Positions 21,882 through 31,209 of a DNA stretch of 56,902 nt are shown here, one piece after another. The DNA is from a virus (taxonomy: Duplodnaviria > Caudoviricetes). Each line of letters opens with the position of its first letter. Within the stretch, counting starts at the first letter, position 1. The notes beneath the pieces were generated by a model. The model ran no database searches and was not told the origin of the DNA. It was given only the letters and a program-made list of their open reading frames with translations. The translations under genes were made by a program, and so were the position numbers. The stretch is taken from positions 1 to 56,902 of IMG/VR virus record IMGVR_UViG_3300042350_003263; one strand, written 5' to 3'.

Positions 21882-22324
21882 TGACTACGATCTATAAAGG
21901 TGTAGTGTCGAAGGAGTTTGTCACTCGTCGTGATAAGCAAGTCGCAGAAGATAAGCGGGACTATGATACTGCTATGAGACAGTGGGACTTCGAATATCCG
22001 GAGTATCATCAATCCAAAGTCGGTGGTCATACCATCTATCATGGTTACGAATACGACACCAAACATCCTTTCTTCGGCAACTGTGACTTCAAACACGTCA
22101 ACAGATTCGATGAAATCCATATCTCTCCATACATCCTTAAGCAACTGCAGAAGGGTAAGATCAATCACATTGTGGCATGGAGGTTCCTTGAAAAGGATTG
22201 GGGCAAATCCTTACAAGAAGGTGACGAAGTCAAGTATTCGATCCTAGAATATATTCCTACCTCTGAAATACTTACTGCTATTCAGGAAAAAAGTGAAGCT
22301 AGGGGGTTTACAATTAAGACGTAA
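21881..22324 (+). CDS. Hypothetical protein
   Basis: TAATG coupling. Confidence 0.7.
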   Translation: MTTIYKGVVSKEFVTRRDKQVAEDKRDYDTAMRQWDFEYPEYHQSKVGGHTIYHGYEYDTKHPFFGNCDFKHVNRFDEIHISPYILKQLQKGKINHIVAWRFLEKDWGKSLQEGDEVKYSILEYIPTSEILTAIQEKSEARGFTIKT

Positions 22325-22335
22325 AGTCTTATATT
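22300..22335 (+). promoter_or_regulatory. Phage early promoter
   Basis: TTTACA 22307-22312, TATATT 22330-22335. Confidence 0.8.
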
Positions 22336-22360
22336 AGTAAGGTAACAGAGGAGATACATC

Positions 22361-22543
22361 ATGAACGGCTTCGATATCCAATCCGCTTCTGAAGTTGCTA
22401 ACCGCCTTCGCGCTATCACTCGTCGTGCAAAGACTTTCAATCACGACCGGGAACGGATCTTGGAAGAGATTATCTTTATGGCAGAAAACTTTGAACTCCT
22501 TGCCCTTCGCATCGGTGACGAGATGGAAAGGGAAATGGCATGA
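22361..22543 (+). CDS. Hypothetical protein
   Basis: GAGGAG SD. Confidence 0.7.
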   Translation: MNGFDIQSASEVANRLRAITRRAKTFNHDRERILEEIIFMAENFELLALRIGDEMEREMA

Positions 22544-22647
22544 TTGGAAAGTTTATAGATGGGTTTATCGAGGGGTTGATTAAGTCCCTTCCTTATTCCC
22601 TTGCATTTTGGTGTGGATTTTATTTAGGTATTTTGTATATGTTGTGA
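22540..22647 (+). CDS. 35-aa membrane peptide
   Basis: ATGA overlap; hydrophobic. Confidence 0.45.
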   Translation: MIGKFIDGFIEGLIKSLPYSLAFWCGFYLGILYML

Positions 22648-22649
22648 AA

Positions 22650-22685
22650 TAGGGGGTTTACATTCCTATCACAAGGCCTTATATA
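22650..22685 (+). promoter_or_regulatory. Phage early promoter
   Basis: TTTACA 22657-22662, TATATA 22680-22685. Confidence 0.78.
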
Positions 22686-22709
22686 AAGAACGTAACCAAG
22701 GAGAATCCC

Positions 22710-22979
22710 ATGACGATCGCAGTCACCTACGAAGAACGTATCGCTCTTATCAAGCGCATTGCTGAACGCAAAAAGACTTTGACTAAGGTCAAGACTAAGT
22801 CGCAGTCTGTCTTTGATATCATGGACAAGTACGAAGATACGGAAAAGCGTAACGCTAAGTTCGTAGAAGAAGATAAATCCAAGAATGATAACCACTGGAC
22901 TGACGCTCCTAAGTACGCAAAGGAGCACTACGGTGAAGTCTATCACGCAACTACGAGGTACGACAATGACTGGGAATGA
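22710..22979 (+). CDS. Hypothetical protein
   Basis: AAGGAG SD. Confidence 0.72.
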   Translation: MTIAVTYEERIALIKRIAERKKTLTKVKTKSQSVFDIMDKYEDTEKRNAKFVEEDKSKNDNHWTDAPKYAKEHYGEVYHATTRYDNDWE

Positions 22980-23142
22980 TAGAACGCACATTATCCTTTT
23001 CGAACTAAAGGATGAAATCCAAGAACTACAATGGAACATTAAAGAGCTTAGTGGCGTTGTCGCTGAGCTCTCTCGTGATGTAAAGGTCCTTAAACATAGG
23101 GTCGATGAGATTAATATGCATACCGAAGGAGATGGTAAATGA
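22966..23142 (+). CDS. Small coiled-coil protein
   Basis: GAGG SD; heptad pattern. Confidence 0.55.
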   Translation: MTGNDRTHIILFELKDEIQELQWNIKELSGVVAELSRDVKVLKHRVDEINMHTEGDGK

Positions 23143-23387
23143 CTCGTGAAGAGATGATGGAACAATTAGTCAAGCGTGAATGTCGAGTGATCTTCCGCAA
23201 GGCAAACGGTGAAGAGCGTGATATGATCTGCACTCTTCAAGAGTCCGTGGTTCCTGCTGCAACCAAGGCAGATCCGCTTTCCCAAACGAAGGTGCGGTCA
23301 ATCAATGAAGAAGTTATTCCTGTCTGGGATGTGAAAGCACAAGGTTGGCGGTCGTTCCGTGTTGATAGTGTAATCTCTTTCTCGTGA
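23139..23387 (+). CDS. WYL_2/DUF2693-like SH3-fold protein
   Basis: VIFRKANGEERDMICTL...VWDV...WRSFR. Confidence 0.78.
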   Translation: MTREEMMEQLVKRECRVIFRKANGEERDMICTLQESVVPAATKADPLSQTKVRSINEEVIPVWDVKAQGWRSFRVDSVISFS

Positions 23388-23397
23388 TTGTAATCTG

Positions 23398-23405
23398 TAT
23401 AAATA
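23398..23405 (+). promoter_or_regulatory. T4-type late promoter TATAAATA
   Basis: Exact consensus in intergenic space. Confidence 0.65.
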
Positions 23406-23429
23406 GTCTGAACTACATTGGAGTACAAA

Positions 23430-23675
23430 ATGTGGATTGACCCCATCACTTTAAACTGGATCATCATTGGTGTCGCATCCTTTGTGGCTATGATGATCGG
23501 TTACTCCGTTGGACGTAAAGGCAATGAGTCTATTATCGCAGGTACAATTTCATATCTTTCCGATGAAGGGTTTGTCAAGTCTTATACAGACGAAGAAGGC
23601 GAACTCCACCTAGTTAAACTGAATGAGGATATGCCCAATGGCCGCCGTCGTAAGAAGAACGCAACCAAAGCGTAA
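23430..23675 (+). CDS. Small membrane protein
   Basis: GGAG SD; N-terminal TM. Confidence 0.65.
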   Translation: MWIDPITLNWIIIGVASFVAMMIGYSVGRKGNESIIAGTISYLSDEGFVKSYTDEEGELHLVKLNEDMPNGRRRKKNATKA

Positions 23676-24783
23676 GAAAGCTACCCCACTTCCTCGCAAA
23701 CCCAGAACTGGTATCTTAGCAGCACCCACTGAGTCATATCAGTGGTTTGCTGAATACCTTCGTACGGATGTCGAGAAGAAAGAGATTGCTGGGGTAATCC
23801 GTAACTACATCAAAGAGAATTATAAAGGGGAAGAACGTACTCTTCTCCTGAATGCTCCTGACTATTACTATACGAGCGAGTATGGTGTAGCTGCTACTAT
23901 CCAGTGGAAGAGCCTAGGATACCCATGGCCCGACCGGTGGGATGGTAATAAGAAGATCCAGTCTTACATCGACCGTACTCGTGCTGCTGCTCTGAAGAAG
24001 CTGCTGGACAAGCAAGAGGATAGTGATACACCCAAGATCACTCAACGTTCTCCAATGGAAGTGGTGAAGGAAAGAACTACTGACTTCATTGCAAACATCG
24101 AAGAGGTGTTGGACCTTTTCTATAAAGGTGTACATGTTGACATCGAAAACTATTCTGTCTATAATGAGATGATCAAGGCAGATCTGAATTCGTTCTCTGC
24201 CAAGCACGTTCTGGATTATTATATCCCTCTACAAAAAGAGGTAGAGGAACTGGTGAATGAAAAGACCGGCGATTTAGTTGAAGGTTATCGTCATATGCCA
24301 GTTGCTGAACGTCGTAGATATCTTACTCTGGTACAGAAGATTGTCGATGATACGAAGCGCTATCTGCTTTCTAAGAAGGCGAAGCGCGCTCCAGCAAAGC
24401 CGAAGGTAAAGACTGCTGATAAGCAGATTACCAAGATCGTCTATGCAAAGGATTCTGCTGAGTTTAAACTTACATCGATTAACCCCATGCAGATCATCGG
24501 TGCTAAGAGGTTGTTTACTTTCAACGTAAAAGAACGTATAATTACAGAGTACGTTACACGATCCTCAAAAGGATTCGAGATGAAGGGAACTACACTCCAG
24601 CTTTTCGATGAGGAGCAATCCCGATCCATTCGTCTACGTAAGCCAGATGAGTCTCTGACGATCTTCCTTACGAAACCGAAGACATATATCCATAAGCATT
24701 GGGATACGCTTACTACGAAGGCAACTAAACCAACCGGACGTATCAACAAGGATACAATCATTTTAAGAGTAATGGATGCATGA
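23638..24783 (+). CDS. Conserved T4-like hypothetical protein upstream of gp33
   Basis: DLVEGY, LTSINPMQIIGA, KGTTL, LRKPDE, GRINKDTIIL motifs. Confidence 0.8.
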   Translation: MAAVVRRTQPKRKKATPLPRKPRTGILAAPTESYQWFAEYLRTDVEKKEIAGVIRNYIKENYKGEERTLLLNAPDYYYTSEYGVAATIQWKSLGYPWPDRWDGNKKIQSYIDRTRAAALKKLLDKQEDSDTPKITQRSPMEVVKERTTDFIANIEEVLDLFYKGVHVDIENYSVYNEMIKADLNSFSAKHVLDYYIPLQKEVEELVNEKTGDLVEGYRHMPVAERRRYLTLVQKIVDDTKRYLLSKKAKRAPAKPKVKTADKQITKIVYAKDSAEFKLTSINPMQIIGAKRLFTFNVKERIITEYVTRSSKGFEMKGTTLQLFDEEQSRSIRLRKPDESLTIFLTKPKTYIHKHWDTLTTKATKPTGRINKDTIILRVMDA

Positions 24784-25001
24784 ATAACTTTTTAACTAAA
24801 TCGGAATTTTCTAGGATCGTAGAGAAGCATGTGCTTGATCGAAAGATGAGCTATATGGAAGCAGCACTATGTGCTTGTGAAGATCATGGCATTGATCCAG
24901 AAGACATAAAGAAATTTGTATCTACTCCTATCCGCGACAAGATCGAAGGTGAAGCTATGAAGCTGAATTTGATCCCTCGAAGTAATGAGCTTTTCTTTTG
25001 A
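24780..25001 (+). CDS. gp33: Late-promoter transcription coactivator
   Basis: FSRIVE...MSYMEA...CEDHGIDPE...KIEGEAMKLNLI; near gp32. Confidence 0.85.
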   Translation: MNNFLTKSEFSRIVEKHVLDRKMSYMEAALCACEDHGIDPEDIKKFVSTPIRDKIEGEAMKLNLIPRSNELFF

Positions 25002-25666
25002 TGAAAAAGTTCGTAGTCACAGGAACCCCTAGAAGTGGTACTACCTTTCTATGTGATTGTATAGCTAAACTTGATAATGTTTATATGAATGAGTCTAATC
25101 ACTATGAGCCATTCATATATGGTAGCAACATCTTAGATGAAGCTAAATATCTCTACAATCTAGAAAAAAACTATCCGAACAAGATCGTGGGATTTAAAGC
25201 ATTCCTTGGGGATTCTTTTTTCTTGCAAGATCATATGAAATCCTACGATCCTATTGTTATTATAAGACGGGATGTGAGTAAGGTTTTTCTGAGTCAATTG
25301 ATCTTAGGGAAAAAGGGAGCTGATAAAAATTTCAGTAGTAAAAATAGAAAAGGTATTGAATCTGTAGAATTCAATCGCAGATCACTTCAGTTCAATGCTA
25401 AAACTCTTTTGAAATGGTACTACTATGGGGAATTGATTCCTGCAAAGGTTAAACTTTATTTCGAAGATATCTTAGAGGGAAAGACCTATCCGGAGCTTGA
25501 TCAATATTTCGGAAATAAAATTGATTTGAATACGAATTACCAAGAGGCAGACCTTAGTGTCTATCACTCTGACTATGCCCCACTAATTAAATTCCTGAGA
25601 GATACTGCAATTTCTCTAGGACCGGAAAATTTTCCTGATTATATAAGGGAAAATCTGCATATATAG
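25001..25666 (+). CDS. Sulfotransferase-family (P-loop) protein
   Basis: VVTGTPRSGTTFL PAPS-binding motif, EPF, GFK, IIRRD, LYFED. Confidence 0.7.
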   Translation: MKKFVVTGTPRSGTTFLCDCIAKLDNVYMNESNHYEPFIYGSNILDEAKYLYNLEKNYPNKIVGFKAFLGDSFFLQDHMKSYDPIVIIRRDVSKVFLSQLILGKKGADKNFSSKNRKGIESVEFNRRSLQFNAKTLLKWYYYGELIPAKVKLYFEDILEGKTYPELDQYFGNKIDLNTNYQEADLSVYHSDYAPLIKFLRDTAISLGPENFPDYIRENLHI

Positions 25667-25732
25667 TATGTACTTCGGTACACATATATGGTATAATACA
25701 CTGTTCATACAACGCAATATAAGGAACATAAC

Positions 25733-26647
25733 ATGTCTTTTGCAAATCTCAAGCGCAGCCGCAACTCTATCGACAAGCTCGTTCAAGCAGCTCAGTCCGC
25801 AGGCGGTGGCGAAAAATCCTCCTACAAAGATGATCGTCTCTGGAAGCCAACTGTCGATAAGATGGGTAATGGCTATGCGGTCATTCGTTTCCTTCCTGCA
25901 GCTGAAGGTCAAGATCTACCTTGGACTCGTTACTGGGATCACGGCTTCAAAGGCCCAACCGGTAAGTGGTACATCGAACGTTCTCTGACGACTCTCGGTC
26001 AAGAAGATCCTGTTGGTAAGCTCAACAGCAAACTCTGGAATATGTCTGATGACGATAAGTCAGAGACTCGTAAGCAAGCACGTGACCAGAAGCGTCGACT
26101 GCACTATGTTGCTAACGTTCTGGTTGTCTCAGATCCTGCTAACCCAGACAACGAAGGTAAAGTCTTCTTGTACGAGTTTGGTAAGAAGATCTTTGATAAG
26201 GTTATGGACGCCATGCAGCCTCAGTACGCTGATGAAACTCCTATGAACCCATTCGACTTCTGGGCTGGTGCTAACTTTAAGATCAAGATCCGTAAAGTCG
26301 ATGGTTGGGTCAACTATGATAAGTCAGAGTTTGATTCCCCTAGCGAACTCTTCGATGGTGATGAAACTAAGCTTGAAGGCACCTACAACTCCCTTCACGA
26401 TCTGGGCGAATATACCGATCCGAAGAACTATAAGAGCTACGCAGAGCTTGAGCGTAAGATGAATGAGGTGCTTGGCACTGATAAGGTTCTTACACCTACT
26501 CAAGAGGTTCAGCTTGGTAATCAATCATCTTCACGTACTATGCGTGAAGCTCCTCCACAGAACATCGAAGAGATGGTTTCCGAAGAGGATGAAGATGATA
26601 GCCAAGAGGATGTTACGAGTTACTTTGCTCGTCTCGCAAACGGTTAA
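25733..26647 (+). CDS. gp32: Single-stranded DNA-binding protein
   Basis: DDRLWKPTVDK.GNGYAVIRFLP, GKKIFDK, NPFDFW.GANF, acidic tail YFARLA. Confidence 0.97.
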   Translation: MSFANLKRSRNSIDKLVQAAQSAGGGEKSSYKDDRLWKPTVDKMGNGYAVIRFLPAAEGQDLPWTRYWDHGFKGPTGKWYIERSLTTLGQEDPVGKLNSKLWNMSDDDKSETRKQARDQKRRLHYVANVLVVSDPANPDNEGKVFLYEFGKKIFDKVMDAMQPQYADETPMNPFDFWAGANFKIKIRKVDGWVNYDKSEFDSPSELFDGDETKLEGTYNSLHDLGEYTDPKNYKSYAELERKMNEVLGTDKVLTPTQEVQLGNQSSSRTMREAPPQNIEEMVSEEDEDDSQEDVTSYFARLANG

Positions 26648-28455
26648 GGTAGAGCCTCGATATACTGAACATCCATTGAGCTTAGGCCGTCGCCTGCACC
26701 AATTTGATTGTTCTGTACAGTAGTGCTACCAGCATTATAGGTTGATCCGAATACTACATTATTAGAGGCGGCTCCGGCCGCCTTCATATTTGCTACTTCT
26801 TCCTCGAGTTGTTTCATCTCTGATGATTTTGGTGGTGGTGTATAAGGGGTTACCCCACTCTGAAGATCCGCTCCGCTAGATGCGAATCTTCCACGACCAG
26901 CATATCCTGCAGCTCGCGCACCCGCGTAAGATTTCGTTCTAGTGATATTATCTGCTTTGAATTGATCATGTAACACAACTGCAGCTTCTTCAAGCTGCTT
27001 ACCGGTCATATTGGCGACATCTTTCAGACCTAATTCATCAATAACCCGAGGTTCCAGTTGTTTTAAGTTATTATGAAGTAGTTTTATATCTTCAATCTTA
27101 CTTGGGCCACCTTCACGCATCATCAAAATCATATCATTATAGGTTTTTGCTCCAAAGCCAGTACGGGTCCCGTCGGCTAAGTCAGAAGGCATTAATGCAA
27201 GTTGGGCTGCTAGAAGTGACCCAGATCCTAATACTCTTGCTGTAGTCCCAGCTGCTCTGGCGACGCTAGCGCCTGTAGCTGTGGAAGATTTGCTAGCAAT
27301 CGATGCTGTAACACGAGCTGCTTCTTCAGCCTGGCCGATTGGATCTAGTAAATTTAATCCTCTAAGACCGGTGTCTGCACCAACTCTCCCCATATCTCCT
27401 GCACTAATACCAGCAGGTTTTTTAGTTGGTATATTTTTTAGGGCATCTTCAACAGAAACAAATTTACCAGATGCATCTTTTAGTTGAGCCCCAGTCTTGT
27501 TGTTAACAACGGTGTATCCCTTAGCCTCAAGTTCTTTTAAAACATCAGCAGAGATTTCACTAATTTTTGTTTTAGGTTTCTTAACAGTAGATTCGATTGG
27601 GGCTGCTGATTTAGTTTCCGATTCATTTATAGTATAAGCAGCAACCCCTCTCATTTCAGCTAAGGCTTTAGCTTGAACTTTTTTGTCCTGTAAATTTTTA
27701 GTTGCCTTTGCTTCCATCTCTATTTTCTTAAGATCAGCTTCTCTTTGTTTAGCTTCGAATCTCTTTACTTCTGCATTTGTAGCTGCATTGGCCTTTGCTA
27801 TTTTTTCTTTTTCGGCTGCTTCTGCTACACGTATTTTGTCTTGAGCCTCTTGAACCCTCCCCTGGCGGTTCATAGCTTTAGCTTCTTTTTCTGCTAATTT
27901 TTGTCTCTTATTGGCTTCAGCAGATTCTGATCTTAGTCTTTCTTCTTGTCTTTTTAGACGTTCAGCTTCTGCACGTTCCACTAATCTTTGATCTTTTGAT
28001 TTTCTACGGAGTTCTTCTGCCTCTGCTCTTTGAATACCTCTTTGAGTTTTTACTCTATCATCAAATACATTTTTTAATGCTTTTGCAGATTCAGATAAAC
28101 CAGTTAAAGCTACCGCCAAACCACCAGCAACCAGGCCTCTTAATGCTGCAAAAGCCGCTGCGATTAATGCAAAATCCTTTAACGAATCTAAAACATTTTT
28201 TGCTTCTTTTTTAGAAGTTTCGGCTAATCCGCTAGCTAATGTATCAGGTTTTTCCTTTGCAAACCCTTTTAAAAGCTTATTTCTTTCACGCTCGGCTTCT
28301 AGTTCATCTCCTCTACGATTTTTTATATCCTGAAGGAAGGCCTTCAGATTGTTATCAATCCTACCCAGAGATTCATTACCAGTTTTTTGACCTTCGAGAA
28401 TTTTTTTATCATTCTCTTGGATCAATTCGCCGATTTCTTTTAACGTGATAGTCAT
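26644..28455 (-). CDS. Tape-measure/gp29-like coiled-coil tail protein
   Basis: Long Ala/Lys/Glu helical region; position after gp26/gp51. Confidence 0.6.
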   Translation of the reverse strand: MTITLKEIGELIQENDKKILEGQKTGNESLGRIDNNLKAFLQDIKNRRGDELEAERERNKLLKGFAKEKPDTLASGLAETSKKEAKNVLDSLKDFALIAAAFAALRGLVAGGLAVALTGLSESAKALKNVFDDRVKTQRGIQRAEAEELRRKSKDQRLVERAEAERLKRQEERLRSESAEANKRQKLAEKEAKAMNRQGRVQEAQDKIRVAEAAEKEKIAKANAATNAEVKRFEAKQREADLKKIEMEAKATKNLQDKKVQAKALAEMRGVAAYTINESETKSAAPIESTVKKPKTKISEISADVLKELEAKGYTVVNNKTGAQLKDASGKFVSVEDALKNIPTKKPAGISAGDMGRVGADTGLRGLNLLDPIGQAEEAARVTASIASKSSTATGASVARAAGTTARVLGSGSLLAAQLALMPSDLADGTRTGFGAKTYNDMILMMREGGPSKIEDIKLLHNNLKQLEPRVIDELGLKDVANMTGKQLEEAAVVLHDQFKADNITRTKSYAGARAAGYAGRGRFASSGADLQSGVTPYTPPPKSSEMKQLEEEVANMKAAGAASNNVVFGSTYNAGSTTVQNNQIGAGDGLSSMDVQYIEALP

Positions 28456-28614
28456 TTACTTCATCTCTTTCATTCGTTGTTCTCGTTCTTTCATCTGATT
28501 AATCACAAGAGTAACATAAACTTCCCTTTCCCACGGAATCATATTGTAAAGATCATCCAGTGAATAATTATGATTTTCCATTAATTGAAAATTAGTTTCA
28601 TAATGATTCAACAA
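28456..28614 (-). CDS. gp51: Baseplate hub assembly catalyst
   Basis: NHYETNFQLMENHNYSLDDLYNMIPWEREVYV motif; no good start codon, possibly reached by -1 frameshift from gp26. Confidence 0.8.
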   Translation of the reverse strand: MLNHYETNFQLMENHNYSLDDLYNMIPWEREVYVTLVINQMKEREQRMKEMK

Positions 28615-28631
28615 AGAGTCATGGGAAAGGC

Positions 28632-29354
28632 CTATTCGAAAAAACTTGCTAATCCCCTAACAGTTGTTTTGTTATCATAACCGCAAGATCCGCATTTATA
28701 TTTTATATCCAATTTTAGTTCTGGCATATTCAGAACAAATTTACGGAGTTTTTCAAACTGAGCAGAAGTCATTCCATTGACAAATTCTTCAATCGCTTCC
28801 TTTGACTCTTCCTTCATAACTACCCGTTCATCTTCAGCAAGAACAGCTTCAATACTGTTAATGATTATATTGTAGATTCTATCCACGTCAGTTTCACTGT
28901 TTCTTAATTCTGGGATATTCATAATATCGAAGTACGAAAGATATTTCATTTCAATTGATACTTTATTTGTCAGTTCAATTATATTACTAACTTCTTTATC
29001 GATTTCAACTTCAACATCATTTAGATTAACAGTTACTCTATTTTCGTGCTCACAGTTATCTTCAGCACATAGCAATATTAATTCTACGGTTTCCCCTACG
29101 GATTTCGATCTAATCTGTAAAAATAAATACTCAGCATCAAATGAAGTTAATTTTTTTACATCTATTTCATCTTCTAGACAAGATTTTATCAGATCCAGTG
29201 TGGCTCTTGTTATTTGATTTATATCGCCAGTCTCGGCAGCTATTAATAGTACTTTTTCTTCTTTTACTAGATAAGGCCTAAATCTTGTTTTCCTGTTCAT
29301 TGAAGGTATAACCAAATCATACTTAGGGGTATCATTTAACTTAGGTAGTGCCAT
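28632..29354 (-). CDS. gp26: Baseplate hub subunit
   Basis: MALPKL..PKY, FRPYLVKEEKVLL, FDAEYLFLQIRSKSVGE, GLASFF. Confidence 0.92.
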   Translation of the reverse strand: MALPKLNDTPKYDLVIPSMNRKTRFRPYLVKEEKVLLIAAETGDINQITRATLDLIKSCLEDEIDVKKLTSFDAEYLFLQIRSKSVGETVELILLCAEDNCEHENRVTVNLNDVEVEIDKEVSNIIELTNKVSIEMKYLSYFDIMNIPELRNSETDVDRIYNIIINSIEAVLAEDERVVMKEESKEAIEEFVNGMTSAQFEKLRKFVLNMPELKLDIKYKCGSCGYDNKTTVRGLASFFE

Positions 29355-29372
29355 TTCAATCGTCCTTATAAT

Positions 29373-30083
29373 TTAGAATATTTTATTCAAGAGTTCTTCA
29401 GCTTTGTTTTCTAAAAAGCTTTCTAGCTTATATAGCGGATTTACAGTAGATTCCCAATTTCTGTAGGAAAGTTGTACGGTTAATTCGATTACATCATCGG
29501 TTCTAGCATTTCCTAGTTCAATCGCATTCATAGTGGTAGGAAATGCATTTTTTAATACACATTCATAAACAATCTGATTACCGCCTAAAAAGGATACGTC
29601 TAAACTCCCTTGAGCGAGATTAATCGGTCCTAGACTTGGTAACTTCTTCGCTATAAGACTTGGTATAAAAGGTATATTAATAGGGGTTTGGTATATCGGT
29701 AGATCGAAGCCTTTGGTCAGCTGCTGGATTCTTATATCAAAGGCATAGTCCTTTAAATATCCTACTTCCAGTGAAGACTGATTAATACAAAGATTCTGCC
29801 AGCGCTCGAAGTATGTTCGAATACCATAATCGTTTAAGAGTAAGAATGTAAGTGAAACATCATCATAGGCTTGGTCATAAGCAATCTTCTGATTAATTAG
29901 ACCGATCTTTTTCTCCTGAGTCATAATCTGACGGCCAGGAATATTCACTGAGCTACAAAGAAGATTCACCTCTTCAGAAGTAGCGCCAGCGATTGCAGGA
30001 AAGAATACTCTATAGACGTTCCCACGGGCGATGCCATACTTTCTCGATACTAGCGATTTCAGTTTATCGATCGAATCAGCCAT
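29373..30083 (-). CDS. Tail-tube-fold protein (gp54/gp19-like tube initiator)
   Basis: LCSSVNIPG, FERWQ, NAFPT..AIEL, VQLSYRNW. Confidence 0.75.
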   Translation of the reverse strand: MADSIDKLKSLVSRKYGIARGNVYRVFFPAIAGATSEEVNLLCSSVNIPGRQIMTQEKKIGLINQKIAYDQAYDDVSLTFLLLNDYGIRTYFERWQNLCINQSSLEVGYLKDYAFDIRIQQLTKGFDLPIYQTPINIPFIPSLIAKKLPSLGPINLAQGSLDVSFLGGNQIVYECVLKNAFPTTMNAIELGNARTDDVIELTVQLSYRNWESTVNPLYKLESFLENKAEELLNKIF

Positions 30084-30666
30084 TTATTTTCCTTCTAGAA
30101 TCTCTATAGACCTGCGTCTTTGTAGCTTTTTGGAAATCAGCTGTTGGTAGAAATGTAGCAATTTCCCATTCTGGCGATTCAACCATCGCAAACCTTGATC
30201 TTACCTGTGAATTCAGATAATGCTTTATACAGGGTTTAAAATATTTCATCTTACCCGCTCTTTGTAGCATATTATAGGTCACGTTAAATTTCGTGGTCTC
30301 GTTATAGATTTTATTATTCGTTACATCTAGAAGAGAATCTAAGAACTTTGCTCTTAAAACTGGCGGAAGGTAGTGTAGGTTTAACCCCAGGAATCCACCT
30401 TCCGCCGGACCGATTACAATCACTAAAGGGAAAGTGTCATAATAAGGCAAAGTATCTTTATGTTTTGGATCATAATAAAACATGTACATGTTTCCTATGA
30501 CTCCCCTATTCTTTAACTGAATAGGTTCTTCTTTCATTAATTGACTACGATTAATATTTTTTAACTGCGCAGATTTCAGTCTGAACCATTCGCGAGATTC
30601 GCGGGTTCGAAGAGTTAACCCCTTACGGAAAGCTTCGATTTCGAGTGTATAGAATAAATTTGACAT
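30076..30666 (-). CDS. gp2: DNA end protector protein
   Basis: YDPKHKDTLPYYDTFPL, GLNLHYLPP, PCIKHYL. Confidence 0.93.
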   Translation of the reverse strand: MSNLFYTLEIEAFRKGLTLRTRESREWFRLKSAQLKNINRSQLMKEEPIQLKNRGVIGNMYMFYYDPKHKDTLPYYDTFPLVIVIGPAEGGFLGLNLHYLPPVLRAKFLDSLLDVTNNKIYNETTKFNVTYNMLQRAGKMKYFKPCIKHYLNSQVRSRFAMVESPEWEIATFLPTADFQKATKTQVYRDSRRKING

Positions 30667-30674
30667 GCTACTAT

Positions 30675-31160
30675 TTATGTTGATTTCTTAGGCTTTTTGT
30701 AAGGCTTTAATTGTTTTGTAGATTTTGGCTTAATACCCATTTGCTCTAGTGTATCTTCTGTCCAGATTTGAAATCCCCATCCATTGTCCGCTGCAAACTT
30801 CTGTGCTGCAGCCCATTTGTTCATATTCTTTACGTAGGTCAGGCCTTCGTTAATGTACTGCTTTGTTTTTCTACCAGCAAATGTAGGCGGGGTGGTTTCT
30901 TTCTTCGGCTTAATCTCCACAAGAACTGTAGTGTTGTTCGAGAAAGTTATTTTTAGATCCATAAAATAGCGATGGTACTTCTTATCTACCTCGTAGAAAT
31001 ATGGTATAACAACCTCTTCACTTGACCAGCTTTTTACCTCATTACTTTCATCACACCATTTAAAGCAATACTTCTCCCAAAGCGATCTATACACCACATT
31101 GGTAAAATCGCCTTTATATTTACTTGCGTTTTTAACGCGGTATTTCCCAGAATAAGCCAT
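30675..31160 (-). CDS. gp4: Head completion nuclease
   Basis: AYSGKY...KYKGD, YRSLWE, WSSEE, HRYFMD, EIKP, KWAAA. Confidence 0.93.
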   Translation of the reverse strand: MAYSGKYRVKNASKYKGDFTNVVYRSLWEKYCFKWCDESNEVKSWSSEEVVIPYFYEVDKKYHRYFMDLKITFSNNTTVLVEIKPKKETTPPTFAGRKTKQYINEGLTYVKNMNKWAAAQKFAADNGWGFQIWTEDTLEQMGIKPKSTKQLKPYKKPKKST

Positions 31161-31169
31161 AAAATTCCA

Positions 31170-31199
31170 TATAAATAATGCTAGATTCCATTATTTATA
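31170..31199. promoter_or_regulatory. Pair of opposed late promoters serving the divergent gp48 (+) and gp4 (-) units
   Basis: TATAAATA on + at 31170-31177; TATTTATA at 31192-31199 (TATAAATA on -). Confidence 0.8.
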
Positions 31200-31209
31200 A
31201 GGAAACCAC

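Noticed and set aside
25668-25988. 106-aa ORF overlapping the gp32 start
   Set aside because: It is an alternate frame over the gp32 leader and coding sequence, with no SD.
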